Below the pieces are notes generated by a model. The model was given only the letters and a program-made list of their open reading frames with translations. It searched no databases and was not told the DNA's origin. Below, one piece after another: positions 46,941 to 60,827 of a stretch of 64,000 nt of DNA. The position numbers and the translations under genes were made by a program. How positions within the stretch are numbered: the first letter of the stretch is position 1; every line of letters starts with the position of its first letter. This DNA comes from Hemiscyllium ocellatum. Lineage: Eukaryota. The DNA lies in assembly GCF_020745735.1 (NCBI RefSeq), contig NC_083435.1:24117231-24181230 (forward strand), given 5' to 3'.

Positions 46941-47768
46941 AACCCAGCCCAGGCCCAGCTGTGATGCCCTCATGGTTGAATAGGCCGGGTTATCTCAGAT
47001 ACCAACATCCTACTGGTCGTGTATAAAGGGCTGATTAAAAAGCTCAGTGAAGGACAGTGGGGATCCTGCTCTGGATTGTCCATCCCCCTGTTTGACAGAG
47101 AGACTGTTGACACAGTGACTGTCCCCCATGGTCTTACACTTCATCCTCCCAAATACTCCTGTTTCTCTTCATTTCAATCTGGATTTGCTCACCCCACACC
47201 TTTCCTGGTTATGGATAAACCTGCCCTCGGATTATCCTGAATTCCTCACTCCAGATGAACCATGGGCAGGAGAGTCCCTTCAATATTTTTCTTCCATTTA
47301 TGCCAAGTTCCTGTTCCAGGTTAGTGATTTTCTGTTTAATATCCAATCACTGGATTGTGTCCCAGCCTCTCCCCTGTGTCCACACTGATTCCATCGAGTA
47401 TCTGAGTGACCCTGATTCTGTGTTTACTCCCTGTTCTGAGAGGCTGCAGCAGCCAATTCTGACCCAGTTGAATCTGATCCTGTTGATTATATCAGACAGG
47501 ATTCTGACAGTGTTATAATTTGGTGGGTTATTGGAGATTGTCACTGTGTGGATGGGCCTCACTTTGACCAGCTGGAAGTGTGTGTAATTGTTTTCAGCCT
47601 GACCTTTACAGATATTGTAAGATGTTGAAAGTAATTTTGAGGGCAATCTCTCACATTAGTGATGTCCCTGATGTCTGTGATGTGATTCTGGTTTTGTGGC
47701 CCAGGTATATTAATATGATGTTTATTTTCGTGTTGAGTAACTCCCTGCTTTCATTGTTTGCTTTATAG

Positions 47769-48029
47769 GGACTAATGTAATCACTGTGATTTACACAGTT
47801 GTTTCTGGAATTAAGGATTTTCCTGAGGTTACAAACAGTGCAACAGTCAATGGAGTTATCATAGCTTCTCGTGACAGTAAAACCCAACAGTGCATCCCCA
47901 GGCAGCAGTTCATGGCAGAATCCTTCAATGTGAATTTCTGGGATTATCTCACAGACCGGGTAAAAATACGTTCAAACATAGCAAAGGAAACAATGAGTGC
48001 AGTAATGAAGAGGACAAACCAGACATCTG
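47769..48029 (+). CDS. MHC class I-like gene B exon 2 (alpha1)
   Basis: 261 nt, AG/GT bounded. DFPEVT..VNG...CIPRQQF...FWD...KRTNQTSG. Confidence 0.95.
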
Positions 48030-48295
48030 GTAAGATGTGGCTGATTGAATTTCTCTATTGGTTGTCTCCTTTCATCCTTTCATCATAAAACCTCATTCAT
48101 TCCCCAACACTGGCATTTGGGTCCCACGGCTGGGAGACACATAATAGGCCTCGATGCTTCCCTTATCTCTGTGAGCCTTTTCCACCCACAGTGCACCACC
48201 AACATTCAACCCCGCTTCTTCATATCTTTTGAGCGCCCGAAATAGGGAACTGTAGACACAGTGCAGTCAAAATGTTTTCCATAGGTTTAACAAAA

Positions 48296-48890
48296 TTTTT
48301 TTATTTCAAAAATATACTTTATTCGTAAAATAATCATAAAATAATTTGATGGTCTGTACATTTGGTCATGCCTTACATATGTCAACATTTACATACACAG
48401 CTCAGAAATTATCATTGTTATATACAGGTCTGTGCATTTCTCGCTCATATGCCCATATATTGAGCTGAGGCGTCAGCAGAGCCCAAATGACTGCATGGGC
48501 CCCCTGATCTTCTTTAGACAGGCAGATGTTAAACGGTGGTCTTTCCCCACCGCGCCTTGGCGGCAGCTGCCCCAAGCTTCGGTGCGTCCCTCAACACGTA
48601 GTCCTGGACCTTGGAATGTGCCAGTCTGCAACACTCAGTCGGGGTCAACTCCTTCAGCTGGAAGATCAATAGGTTTCGGACCACCCAGAGAGCGTCCTTC
48701 ACCAAGTTGATGATCCTCCAGGCACAGTTGATATTCGTCTCGGTGTGCGTCCCGGGGAACAGGCCGTAGAGCACAGAGTCCCGCGTCACGGCGCTGCTCG
48801 GGATGAACCTCGACAAACACCACTGCATTCCTCTCCAGACTTCCTCTGCATAGGCACATTCCAGAAGGAGGTGTGTGACAGTCTCTTCCC
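48296..48890 (-). mobile_element. Tx1 3' fragment
   Basis: EETVTHLLLEC...AKARWGKTTV plus 3' UTR and poly(A), near-identical to ~44630-45200. Confidence 0.95.
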
Positions 48891-50209
48891 CCCAGATTTT
48901 GTACTCCATTCGTCTATTTGCAAAGCCTATTGAAATCTCAGCTTTCAGTGTGACCCAGCTTCCAACCATTGCTTTCTAAGATGTTAGACTTTATCTGTGA
49001 GAGTCTGAGTCACGGAGCAGATTCAGGTAACCTTTAATGTGATTGACAGCTTCAGTTACAGCATTGCAAAAAGGCATACAAAAAAACTTCAGAATGTCTG
49101 AACATATAGGGTGTAAGTTGAGAGTGTGCAGGCCCCTCTTCCCCCACCAATAACAATTGGTCAGTGATGTTGAGTTATCCCTCTGTAATTGGCTCTCTAT
49201 ACAGCATTTTACACAGTTCAAGTTTACCTCAATGTATTTCATCATATCACTGAACAACAAAGAGATGGACAGGTTATTGGCCCACCCCTGGTCCTTCATG
49301 ATGTTTACCCAGCCTTTCTTATCTTTCTTCTTGAGGTTTTTCACAATAGATACTGAATTCCAGTGACACCTCCCAGCTGCACCATGTTAACTGCCAATTT
49401 ACTGGATACTTGCTTCAAGAATCTTTCACATTTCTCATCACAGGAAAAACAAAAGAATATTGAGTTTTAAATGGTCCCAACAAAGTTAGGTAGTTTCACT
49501 AAATGTTAGAATTCTTCAGCTAACAAATTGTGTCTTAAAGTGTTCATTCAATCCACATTACAATATCTGCTGATCTCTGTTTTCATTCCTGTAGTAATGG
49601 GGGGGGGGCGCGAGGATTGTCTTTCCTGTCTGAAACTGGTTTGAATCTTTTCCTCCAGTACTTTTAGTTTTGTTTTATATATATGTAGATTCACAACTAC
49701 TTCAGAATCGATATCTATGATTATCTGAAGAATCATAAATGAAACCTACTCTTAATATTGTAACAGATTCATTAAATAATTCAAGAGAAACAACTAATTA
49801 GCGTGAAATGTTCTTACCTAAGAAAGCAACTGCAGCTGCACATTCTCTCTTAGTCAGTAACCTTGATTATACAGAGTTACTGTTGTCCTACATGTGAAGG
49901 CTACGTGAAGCAAACATTTTCCTAAGTGCTGTAACTACTGTCAGCCATGTTCTGCTGCATTAACCATGGGCAGCCAGCAGCCATTTTGTGCCGCTCAGTT
50001 ACGGGAGCCCTACCAACATGCAACTTGTTTTTTCCTGTTATGTGAGCATCTCTGTTTCTTCAAAGTAATGCAGTAACATCTTACAGGTACACCGAAAGTA
50101 GACATGTCACTGCAGCATATCAAAAGTTAGGAAAGTATTGCAGATGCTGGAAATCTGAAAGTCAAACAGAAAATGCTGGAAATTCAAAGCTGGCCAGGCA
50201 GCATCCATC

Positions 50210-50715
50210 AAGAGATAAGCAGAGACAATCAAGAGTTGTGTAAAGATTTGTAGCTTGGGTGCCGGTTGCCATGGGAAGGGTATGGTCGCTGAATGAGAAA
50301 GTTGATTTGCAGACATTTCATCCCCTGTCTAAGTGACATCTCCAGTGCTTCAGAGCCTCCTGTGAAGCGCTGCTGTACTGTGCTTTTGGAATTTACTTGG
50401 CTGTGTTCCTTCTGGTTCCAGTTGTTCATTGTAGTGGCCGGTATATTGGGCCTAGATAATGTGTTTGTTGATGGAGTCTGTAGATGACTGGCGTGCTTCT
50501 AGAAATTCACTGGCTGTCCTCTGTTTAGCTTGTCCTATGATAATTGTGTTGATTCAGTCGAATTTGTGGTCCTTGGCTTCTGTATGTTTGGCTATCAGGG
50601 ACAGCTGGTCAAGATATTTAGTGGCTAGTTGGTGTTCATGGATGTGGATTGTTTGTTGTCTGCCTGGTCTATTTCGTGTTTCATGGTATCTTGTAAATTA
50701 CCTCAGTCTTACACA
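50210..50715 (-). mobile_element. Decayed Penelope-like element
   Basis: Homologous to 15145-15650, with a degenerate hammerhead at ~50310-50345. Confidence 0.7.
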
Positions 50716-50719
50716 TGAT

Positions 50720-53420
50720 GGGTAAAGGGTCTTTTGTTGAAGGTTAGATCCTAGGGAGTTAAAGGTAGAGTATTGGCTTGAATAAAGGATTGACTAACTG
50801 ACACAAAACAGAGGATCAGGAAAAATAGGTCCTTCTCTGGATTGTGACCTGTAACTAGTCTTGTGCTGCACGGGTTAGTTGTCAGACTTCAAGTATTTGC
50901 AATCTGTAAAAATGAACTGCAAGCAGGATCAGTGTGTATCACAGTTAAACTCGTGGAAGATACTGATATTGGTGGGAAACCATGCTATGATGAGGAGATA
51001 ATAAGTTTCCAGATGGATATTGCTTGGAGAATGGGTCAGACTCTGATTGGTGGAGGTTAACGTGGATAAGTGTGGGCTTGTTCATTTTGGCTGGAAAATA
51101 AGACGACAAATACTCATTTCATTGGGAAGCAGGTTCACAGTGTGTCAGTGCAGAGGGATTTGGGTGTTTTGGGACATGAATTGCAGAAAGTGGATATGCA
51201 GGTGCAGCATATAACAAGAAAGGCAAATGGAATACTGGCACTTATTGCAAGGAACATATGACAGAGGAGGAAGTGCTGGATGTCTTGAAATGGGTAAAGG
51301 TGGATAAATCCCAGGACCTGAGCAGGTGTACCCTAGAACTCTGTGGGAAGCTAGAGGAGTGATTTTCTAGGCCTCTTACTGAAATACTAGAGGTGAGGTG
51401 TCAGCAGACTGGAGGTTGGCTAATGTGGTGCCACTGTTTACGAAGGGTGGTAAAACAAGCTAGGGAACTATTGACCGATGAGCCTGACCTCGGTGTGGGC
51501 AAGTTGTTGGAGGGAATCCTGAGGGACAGGATGTACATGTATTTGGAAAGGCAAGGACTAATTCGGGATAGTCAACATGGTTTTGTGTGTGGTAAATCAT
51601 GTCTCACAAACTTGATTGAGTTTTTGATGAAGTAACAAAGAGGATTGATGAGGGCAGAGCGGTAGATGTGATCGATATGGACTTCAGTAAGGCGTTCGAC
51701 AAGGTTCCCTATGGCAGATTGATTAGCAAGGTTAGATCTCATGGAATACAGGGGGAACTAGCTATTTGGATATAGAACTGGCTCAAAGGTAGAAGACAGA
51801 GGGTGGTGGTGGAGGGTTGTTTCTCAGACTGGAGGCCTCTGACCAGTGGAGTGCCACAAGGATCGGTGCTGGGTCCTCTACTTTTTGTCATTTACATAAA
51901 TGATTTGGATGCAAGCATAAGAGGTATATTTACTAAGTTTGCAGATGATACCAAAATTGGAGGTGTGGTGGACAGCGAAGAGGGTTACCTCAGATTACAA
52001 CAGGATCTTGACCAGATGGGCCAATGGGCTAAGAAGTGGCAGATGGAGTTTAATTCAGATAAGTATGAGATGCTGCATTTTGGAAAAGCAAATCTTAGCA
52101 GGATGTATATACTTAATAGTAAGATCCCAGGGAGTGTTGCTGAACAAAGAGCAGGTTCATAGCTCCTTGAAAGTGGAGTTGCAGATAGATAGGATAGTGA
52201 AGAAGGCGTTTGGTATGCTCCTCCTTTATTGGTCAGAGTATTGAGTACAGGAGTTGGGAGGTCATGTTGTGGCTGTACAGGACATTGGTGAGGCCACTGT
52301 TGGAATATTGTGTGCAATTCTGGTCTCCTTCCTATCGGAAAGATGTTGTAAAACTTGAAAGTGTTCAGAAAAGAGTTGCAAGGATGTTGCCAGGTTTGGA
52401 GGATTTGAGCTAATAGGGTGAGGCTGAACAGGCTGGGTCTGTTTTCCCTGGAGCGTCGGAGGCTGAGGGGTGACCTTATTGAGGTTTACAAAATTATGAG
52501 GACCACGGATAGGATAAACAGACAGTCTTTTCCCTGGGGTCAGGGAGTCCAGAACTAGAGGGCATAGGTTTAGGGCGAGAGGGGAAAGATATAAAAGATA
52601 CCTACGGGGCAACTTTTTCACGCAGAGGGTGGTATGTGTATGAAATGAGCTGTCAGAGAGTGTGGTGGAGGCTGGTACAATTGTAACTTTAAGAGGCATT
52701 TGGATGAGTATATGAATAGGAAGGGTTTGGAGGGATAGGGGCCGGGTGCTGACAGGTGGGACTCGATTGGGTTGGGATATCTGGTCGGCGTGGATGGGTA
52801 GGACCAAAGGGTCTGTTTCCATGCTGTGCATCTCTATGACTCTATGACTCTAAGTGTTGTTACAATTATATAAGGCATTGGTGAGTCCACACCTGAAGAA
52901 TGATGTCCAGTTGTGGTCTCCTTATCTAAGGGAGGATGTGGTGGCATTGCAGGCAGTTCAGAGGAGGTTCACCAGGCTGGTTCCAGGGATGAAAGGGTTA
53001 TTGTACGAATTGCAATTGTATAGCTTGGGCCTGGACTCACTGGAGATCGTAGGAATGAAGAAGGATCTGATTGAGGAATATAAAATGCTCAAGGTGAATG
53101 GGAAGGTTGATGTTAAACAGATGTTCCTCTGTGGGACAGTCTCGAACAAGAGGTCATAGACACAGAGAGAGGGGAGATAGATTTAAAACTCATTTGAGAA
53201 GAAACTCCCTCTTTCAGAGGGTTGTGAATCTGTGGAACTCACTGACCCAGAGTGGGGCAGAATCAATCAACAAATTCAAGAAAGAAATGGCTATGTTTCT
53301 GATGGAAAGCAGGATAAAGGGGGATGGGAGCAGGCAGGAAGGTGGAGGTGAGACCAGGAGAAGATCAGCCATGATCATGTTAAATGGTGGAGTGGACTTA
53401 AAGGGCTGACTTGCCCACTC
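50720..53420 (+). mobile_element. Stacked CR1 LINE fragments
   Basis: [28 protein letters not shown] and LVRPLLEYCVQFWSP, with a (CTCTATGA)n tail at ~52831-52852. Confidence 0.92.
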
Positions 53421-53904
53421 TCCCTCTGAACTCCCATGTTACTAGAATTAACTGGGAGTGTGTTTGAAAGCAGCTTATCAAGTGTAGCATTGCAGTATAT
53501 TATTTATTGTCATTAAAATAGAAAAAAGAATTATAAAGCAAACAAAGCTAGGAATGAAGAAATATTTTAAAGATGCAGAAATTGATGGAATGATTATTAA
53601 TATTATTCATGTTAAGTTATGAGCCAATCAGCAAACAGTTAGACAATGAATGAATTGAGAACATGAGGGATTTGAAAGAGAATATTTGACGGTCACGGTC
53701 CATTCATGATCTGGAGATATTTTTGAATTACATTGTGCAGATACATTGTGACCCCTTTGGGACAGCTGGGACCTGAAACTCGCCATTCTGGGAAACCACC
53801 ACTACCCAAAAGAGGCCAACTCATTATGTTTAATTTGTGATGAATAGATTAAACAATGAGAATATAGTTTAAAAACACTGTAATAATTAGAGGAAATTGT
53901 AGAA

Positions 53905-56900
53905 GGTAGATTCATAGAATCGTACAGCACAGAGATAGACCTTACCGTCAACTCTTCCATGCAGACCAGATATCCTAAACTGATCTAAGTCCCATTTGTC
54001 AGCATTTAGAGTCATAGAGATGTACAGCACAGAGACAGACCTTTCGGTCCAAGTCACCCCTGCTGACCAGATATTCTAAATTAATCTGGTCCCATTTGCC
54101 AGCACTTGGCCCATCCCACTCTAAACCCTTCCTATTCATATACCCATCCGGATGTCTTTTAAATGCTGCAATTGTACCAACCTCCACCACTTCTTGTGGC
54201 ACCTCATTCCATACATGTACCACCGTCTGCATGAAAAGGTTGTCCCTTACGTCCCTTTCCCCTCTCTCCCTGAACTTATGCCTTTGAGTTCTGGACTCCC
54301 CCACCCCAGGAAAAAGACCTTGTCTATTTATCTTATCCATGCCCTCATGATTTTATAAACCTCTATCAAGCCACCCCATAGTCTCCAACCCTCCAGGGAA
54401 AACAGCCCTAGCCTGTTCAACCTCTCCCTTCAGCTCAAACCGTCAACCCTGACAAAATCCTTGAAAATCTTTTCTAGACCCTTCCAAGTTTCACAACATC
54501 CTTCCCATAGGAAGGAGACCAGAATTGCATGCAACATTCGAAAAGCAGCCTTACCAATGTCCTATATAGTCACAATATAACTCCCAACTCCTGTACTCAA
54601 TACTCTGACCAATAAAGGAAGGCATACAAAATGCCTTCTTCAATAGCCTATCTACCTGCAACTCTACTTTCAGGGAGCTATGAATCTGCACTCTGAGGTC
54701 TCTTTGTTCAGCAGCACTCCCTCGGACCATATGTCATGCTTTGATTTGCTTTTCCAAAATGAAGCACCTCACATTTATCTAAACTAAACTCCATCTGCCA
54801 CTCCTCAGCCTGTTGGCCCATCTGATCAAGGTCCCGTTGTAATCTGAGGTAACCATCTTCAATGTCCACCACATCTCCAATTTTGGTGTCATCTGCAAAC
54901 TTACTAACTATACCTCCGATGTTCACACCCAAATCATTTATATAAATGACAAAAAGCAGTAGAGCCATCACTGATCCTTGTGATATACCACTGGTCACAG
55001 GCCTCCAGTCTGAAAAGCAACCTTCCACCTCCACCCTCTGTCTTCTACCTTTGAGCCAGTTCTATATTCAAATGGCTAGTTCCCCTATATTCCATGAGAT
55101 CTAACCTTGCTAACTAGTCTTCCATGTGGAACTTTGTCAAATGCCTTACTGAAGTCCATATACATTACATCTACCACTCTGCCCTCATCAATCCTCTTTG
55201 TTACTTCCTCAAAAAACTCAATCAAGTTTATGAGACATGATTACCCACACACAAACCCATGTTGACTATCCCCAATCAATCTTTGCCTTTCTAAATACGT
55301 GTAAATCCTGTCCCTCAGGATTCCCTCCAACAATGTGACACCACCAATGTCAGGGTCACCGGTCTGGAGTTCCCTGGGTTTTCCTTACCACCCTTCTTAA
55401 ATAGTGGTACCATGTTAGCCAATCCCCAGTCTTCTTGTGACTATCGATGATACAAATATCTCAGCAAGGGGCCCAGCAATCACTTCCCTAACTTCCCACA
55501 GAGTTCTAGGGTATACCTGAGGATTTATGCACTTTTATGTGTTTCATGATATCCAGCACTTCCTCCTCTGTCATCTGGACATTTTTCAAGATGTCACCAT
55601 CCATTTCCCTACATTCTATATCTTCCATGTCCTTCTCCACAGTAAACCCTGATGTAAAATACTCATTTAGCATCTCCCCCATCTCCTCTGGCTCCATACA
55701 AAGGCTGCCTCTCCCTACTTACCCTGCTGTCCTTATTTGTAAAAACACTTTGGATTCTCCTTCACCCTATTTGGCAAAACTATCTCTTGTCCCTTTTTGC
55801 CCTCTTGATTTCTGTCTTTAGTATACTCCTACTTCATTTATACTCTTCTAAGGATTCACTTGATCTATCCTGTCTGTACTTGTCATATGTTTCCTTCTTA
55901 TTCTTAACCAAGCCCTCATTTCTCTTGTCATCCAGCATGCCTATACCTACCAGCCTTTCTTTTCACCCTGACAGAAATATACTGCCTCTGGACTTCCATT
56001 GTCTCACATTTGAAGGTTTCCTGTTTTCCAACCATCCCTTTACCTGCAAACATCCGCCCCCCCCCCCCCAGTCAGCTTTTGAAAGTTCTTGCCTAATACC
56101 ATCAAACTTAGTCTTCCACCAATTTAGAACTTCAGCCTTTAGGTCAGGTCTATCTTTTTCCATCAGTACTTTAAAACTAATAGAAATATGGTCGCTGGCC
56201 CCAAAGTGCTCCCCCACTGACACCTCAGTCACTTTTACCTTACTTCCCAAGACTCAGTCAAGTTTTCCACTTTCTCTAGTAGGTACATCCATACACTGAA
56301 TCAGAAAATTTTCTTGTACACAAATTCCTCTCCATCTAAACCCTTAACACTATGGCAATCCCAGTCCATGTTTGGAAAGTTGAAATCCCCTTTCATAACC
56401 ACCCGATTATTCTTACAGATAGCTCACATCTCTTTACAAACTTGTTTCTCAGTTTTCCGCTAACTATTAAGGCATCTATAATTCCAAAAAGGTGATCATC
56501 CCTTTCTTAGTTCTTAGTTCCACCTAAATAACTCATCTTGATGTACTCCCAGGAATATCCTCCTTCAGTTATACTGTCCCTTACCAAAAATGCTGCTCCC
56601 CTTCCTCTCTTGCAACTCCACCTCCCTCCCCCCACCCCTGTAATCCTTCTCTCACATTTGTATCCTGGAACATTAAGCGACCAGGCCTAATCATCCCTGA
56701 GCCACGTTTCTGTAATTGCTATGATATCCTTGTCCCATGTTTCCAGCCATGCCCTGAGTTCATTTGCATTCTCTATTCGGCCTCTTGCATTGAAGTAAAT
56801 GCAGTTTAATTTATCACTGCTATCTTGTTGTCTGCTATGTTCCTTCCTGCCCCAGCTGTTTGACTAACTCCCTTTCCCAACTGTACCAGTCTCAGCTTGA

Positions 56901-58395
56901 TCACCTTTCTCAATATCTCCCTGGGTGCGCCCCCTCCCTCCACCTTACTCATTTAAATCCTCCAGAGCAGCTCTAGCAAATCTCCCTGCCAGTATATTAG
57001 TCGCCCCCCCACCCTTCCAATTTAGATGCAATCTATCCTTCTTGTACAGGTCACTTCTAACTCGGAAGAGATTCCAATGATCCAAAAATGTGAATCCTTC
57101 TCCCATACACCAGCTCCTCAGCCAATTATTCATCTGCTCTATCCTTCTATTTCTACCCTCACTAGCTCGCAGCACCAGGAGTAATCAAGATATTACTACC
57201 CTTGAGGACCTCCTTTTTAAATCTCTGCCTAACTCTCTATATTCTCCATCTTTTTTCATCCTTTTCCCTTCTTATGTCATTGGTTCCAACGTGTACAATG
57301 ACCTCTTGCTAGTCCCTCTCCTCTTTTGAGAACATTCTTCACTCTGTCTGAGATATCCTTGATTTTGAGACCAGGGAGTTAACATACCATTCTGATTTTT
57401 CACTGCTGGTCACAGAAACGTTGTCCATGCCTCTGAATAGAGAGCGCCCTAACACAATCGATTGCTTGGAACCCGACGTACCCCACATTACATGAGAGCC
57501 AGTCTTGATACCAGAAACTTGGCTGTTCCTGTTACACTCCCCTGAGACCCCATCACCCCTTACATTTTCCAAAACAACATCCTTGTTTGAAATGGGAATA
57601 GCCACAGGAGACTCCTGCACTTCGTGCCTACCTCTCCTACCTTTCCTGGAGGTAACCCATCTACCTGACTTTATCTGTGGCTTTTCTGCCTTCCTGTAAC
57701 TGCCGTCCACCACACCCCCTTTCTCTAGTAAATTCCTCATTGCCTCCAACTGTAGCTCCAACCGATCCATGCGATTCAATAGGATTCGCAACCAAGCACA
57801 TTTCCTGCAAACAATCATCAGTAACATGAAAACTCTCCCTAACCTCCCACATCCGACAGGAAGAGCATATCACTCTACTAAGGACCATCACTGCTCCTTC
57901 ACAATATACAAATCCAGAAAATGGCACCGTCTTATTGCGCTAGAAAGCAGTGCTCCAGGCTAACTGGGAACATTTGGTTTATATTTATAAAAATTTAATC
58001 AAGAGACAGGTTTCAATTAAACAAATCAAAAAATAATTTACTCTATTCAGGACTGCAGACTTCCAGCAAGGTTACGCATTAAAATTTGTGAACGTATCTG
58101 TTCCTGTGCTGGTTCCTCCAAGGTCAGGTATGAATTTCGCTGTTTGTTAATTTTCCAAGACACACTCTGATATCCACAGATACGTGAACTCTTTGTCTGC
58201 CTTTCCTCCTTTTAAAAGTGCTGTTGTTTTGACTTTTCTTTCTCTCTCAAGCTCCAAAACAATGCAGCAGCATGTACAACAGTAATTGCTGCTCCTGGAA
58301 TTTGAGTAAATCACCCGAACACCTAAAATACCTCAAAAAAGAGCAGCTCTTCCAGACACATTTTCTTTCCTGTCCTCCAGCTTGGATTACCCAGG
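53905..58395 (-). mobile_element. Near full-length decayed CR1 LINE (zinc-finger/SGNH esterase ORF1, APE-RT ORF2)
   Basis: ICSSCRMWE, IVCRKC and WLRSWCMGEGFTFLDHWNLF..YKKDRLHLN (ORF1), HFGASDH (EN) and KFADDTKIG (RT). Confidence 0.9.
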
Positions 58396-59150
58396 ACAGC
58401 CCAGATCCTTCTCAACTCTTCCTCTTTATAAACCCATCCTGATGCCTTTTAAATCCTGTTATTGTACCACTCTCTATCACTTCCTCTGGCAGCTCATTCC
58501 ATATTTGCATCACCGTCTGTGTGAAAAAGTTGCCTCTTAGATCGCTTTTATATCTTTTCCCTCTCACTTTCAACGTATTCCCTTTAGTTTTGGACTCCCC
58601 TATCGTGGGTAAAAGAATTTGGCTATTCACGTTATCCATGCCCCTCATGATTTTATAAACTTCTATAAGGTCACCCCTCAGCCTCCAACACGCTGGGGAA
58701 AATAGCCCCGGTCTATTCAGTCACTCACTACAGCTCCAAACCTTGTCAATCTTTTCTGAATCCTTTCACATTTCTTAAGCAGGAAGTCAAGAATCTAACA
58801 TAGCATTCGAAAACTGGCTGAATCAATGTTCTGTACAGCTGCAACATGATATCCCAACTCCTGTCCTCAATCCACTGACCAATAAAGGCAAGTAGACCAA
58901 ACACCTTCCTCACTATCCTGTCAATCTGTAACTCCACCTTCAGGAACTATGACTCTACACTCCAAGGTCTGTTTGTTTGGCACCACTCCCCAGCACCCTA
59001 TCATTAACTGTACAAGTGCAACTATGATTTACCCAAAATGCAACAACTTTTATTTAAATCAAACTCCTCGGCCCTGTTTTGGTGTCATCTGCAAATGAAC
59101 CGTTACTAACCATTCCTCCTATATGCACATCCAAATCATTTATAAAACTG
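58396..59150 (-). mobile_element. CR1 3' fragment
   Basis: RTLIQPVFECYVRF and RYKSDLRGNFFTQ. Confidence 0.8.
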
Positions 59151-59660
59151 ACAGAAAGCTGTGGACACAGGTCATGAGTAACTTAAAGCAATTGATCCTC
59201 ATCTCCATTCAGCCAGGCTCAGGGGAAGAGATTTCACAGCCCTACGCAAGGAGAGGGCCCTTGTAAATAACACACAGAGTCCGATCGTGGGCCAGTGCCT
59301 GTGGGAGGCTGACAGTGGTCACGGACAGACATGGATTACACCCCCCAGAATGCAGCCTGTGATTGAAACAAATGACCAGGAAGACTGGGCCAGTCGTTCC
59401 AGGACAGTGGGAATGTGAGCGCTGGAATTCTGACCTGGATCGGAGAGCACATTGCTTATCTGCTCCAGGTTGAGGTGTGTGACAGCAGCTGGAGAAAGGG
59501 GCAGTGCTGCCTGAGTCTGGGACCCTCTGACAGCACAGGCCTTGGGGATTAGCCCCATGTGTAACCCCCTCACCCTGGGCCTGATACAGGATAATTTGAT
59601 CAGATTGTTCCTCTGGTTAAATAATGTATTAATTATCTATGTCTATTTGATCACCAACAG

Positions 59661-59936
59661 GAATTCACACTTTTCAACAGATAACTACTGTTGAGGTCAG
59701 TGATGACGGCAGCATTAAGAAATCAATGAGATTTGGATTTGATGGAAAGGATTTTATCAGTTTAGAACCAGACACAATGAGATGGATCGCATCCAATCCC
59801 ATTGCAGTGATGACTAAAGAGAAATGGGAGTCTGATGAATCCTGGAACAATTACTGGAAAAGACACCTGGAAGAACTCGTTGTTGAATATTTAAACAGAT
59901 ATCTGGAAGCTGGAAAGGATTATTTCAAAAGGAAAA
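59661..59936 (+). CDS. MHC class I-like gene B exon 3 (alpha2, no cysteines)
   Basis: 276 nt. IHTFQ...FGFDGKDFI...TKEKW...LNRYLEAGK. The donor is A|GTATAT. Confidence 0.95.
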
Positions 59937-60052
59937 GTATATATTTCTGTTTTGCTCCATGTTCTGATCTAACCTCACTGATCTATGAAACCGTTCTCCC
60001 ATTCCATTCAGTGTCTGTCTGTTGGTTGTGTTTTTACCCTTTCCCATCACAG

Positions 60053-60331
60053 TTCAGCCTGAAGTGTTCATCTCCAGGAGGGAGCCCAATGATCAGGACA
60101 AGCCGCTCACTCTCTCCTGCCTGGTCACTGGGTTTTATCCTGTAGACATCGAGGTGACCTGGCTAAGGAATGGAGAGGTCATGTCTGAGACCCAATCCTC
60201 GGGGGTTCGACCGAACCACGATGGGACCCATCAGATCCAGAAAGAGATTGAGATCAATGCTGGGGATGAGGATCAATACTCCTGTCAAATTGAACACAGC
60301 AGCCTGGCAGAGGGCAAGCTCTACCAGTGGG
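60053..60331 (+). CDS. MHC class I-like gene B exon 4 (alpha3, C1-set Ig)
   Basis: LSCLVTGFYPVDIEVTW...YSCQIEHSSL, 279 nt. Confidence 0.97.
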
Positions 60332-60827
60332 GTAAGGGACTGGAAAGTGTGTGTGTGTGTGTGTGTATATATACATGGGACAGATGAAACCATTTCGAGG
60401 ACACTTTTTCACGAACTTGTTTGCAAGGTACCTTGTTCTCTGTGTTGATATGTCATGTTGGTCTCACTGAGTTAAAGATATCGATTCTAAGTTTGAAAGG
60501 GTCTCGGATTCCAGATTCCCACAGCCCTGTTATTGGTGAAGTACTCATCGATTTCACTCCGGAATAATCTCACTAGAATTACAAGCAGATTCCCTTGTCT
60601 TCCAGGCTTCAGCACCAGACATGGGTCCAGATTGCCCAGTAGCCAGACAGTCAGAGACTGGATACACCCTGAGAGAGGAGGGTCTGGACCCCTCAGAATT
60701 CCTGACTCACTGAATGGGATTTGTCTGGGAAATTTCAACTTTGGATGGACAATTACCTCGCATCCGGAACCCTCTAGAAAGATCTCAGGTTCTGAGATTA
60801 GGGGTTAGAAGCTTCTTTAACTCCTAG

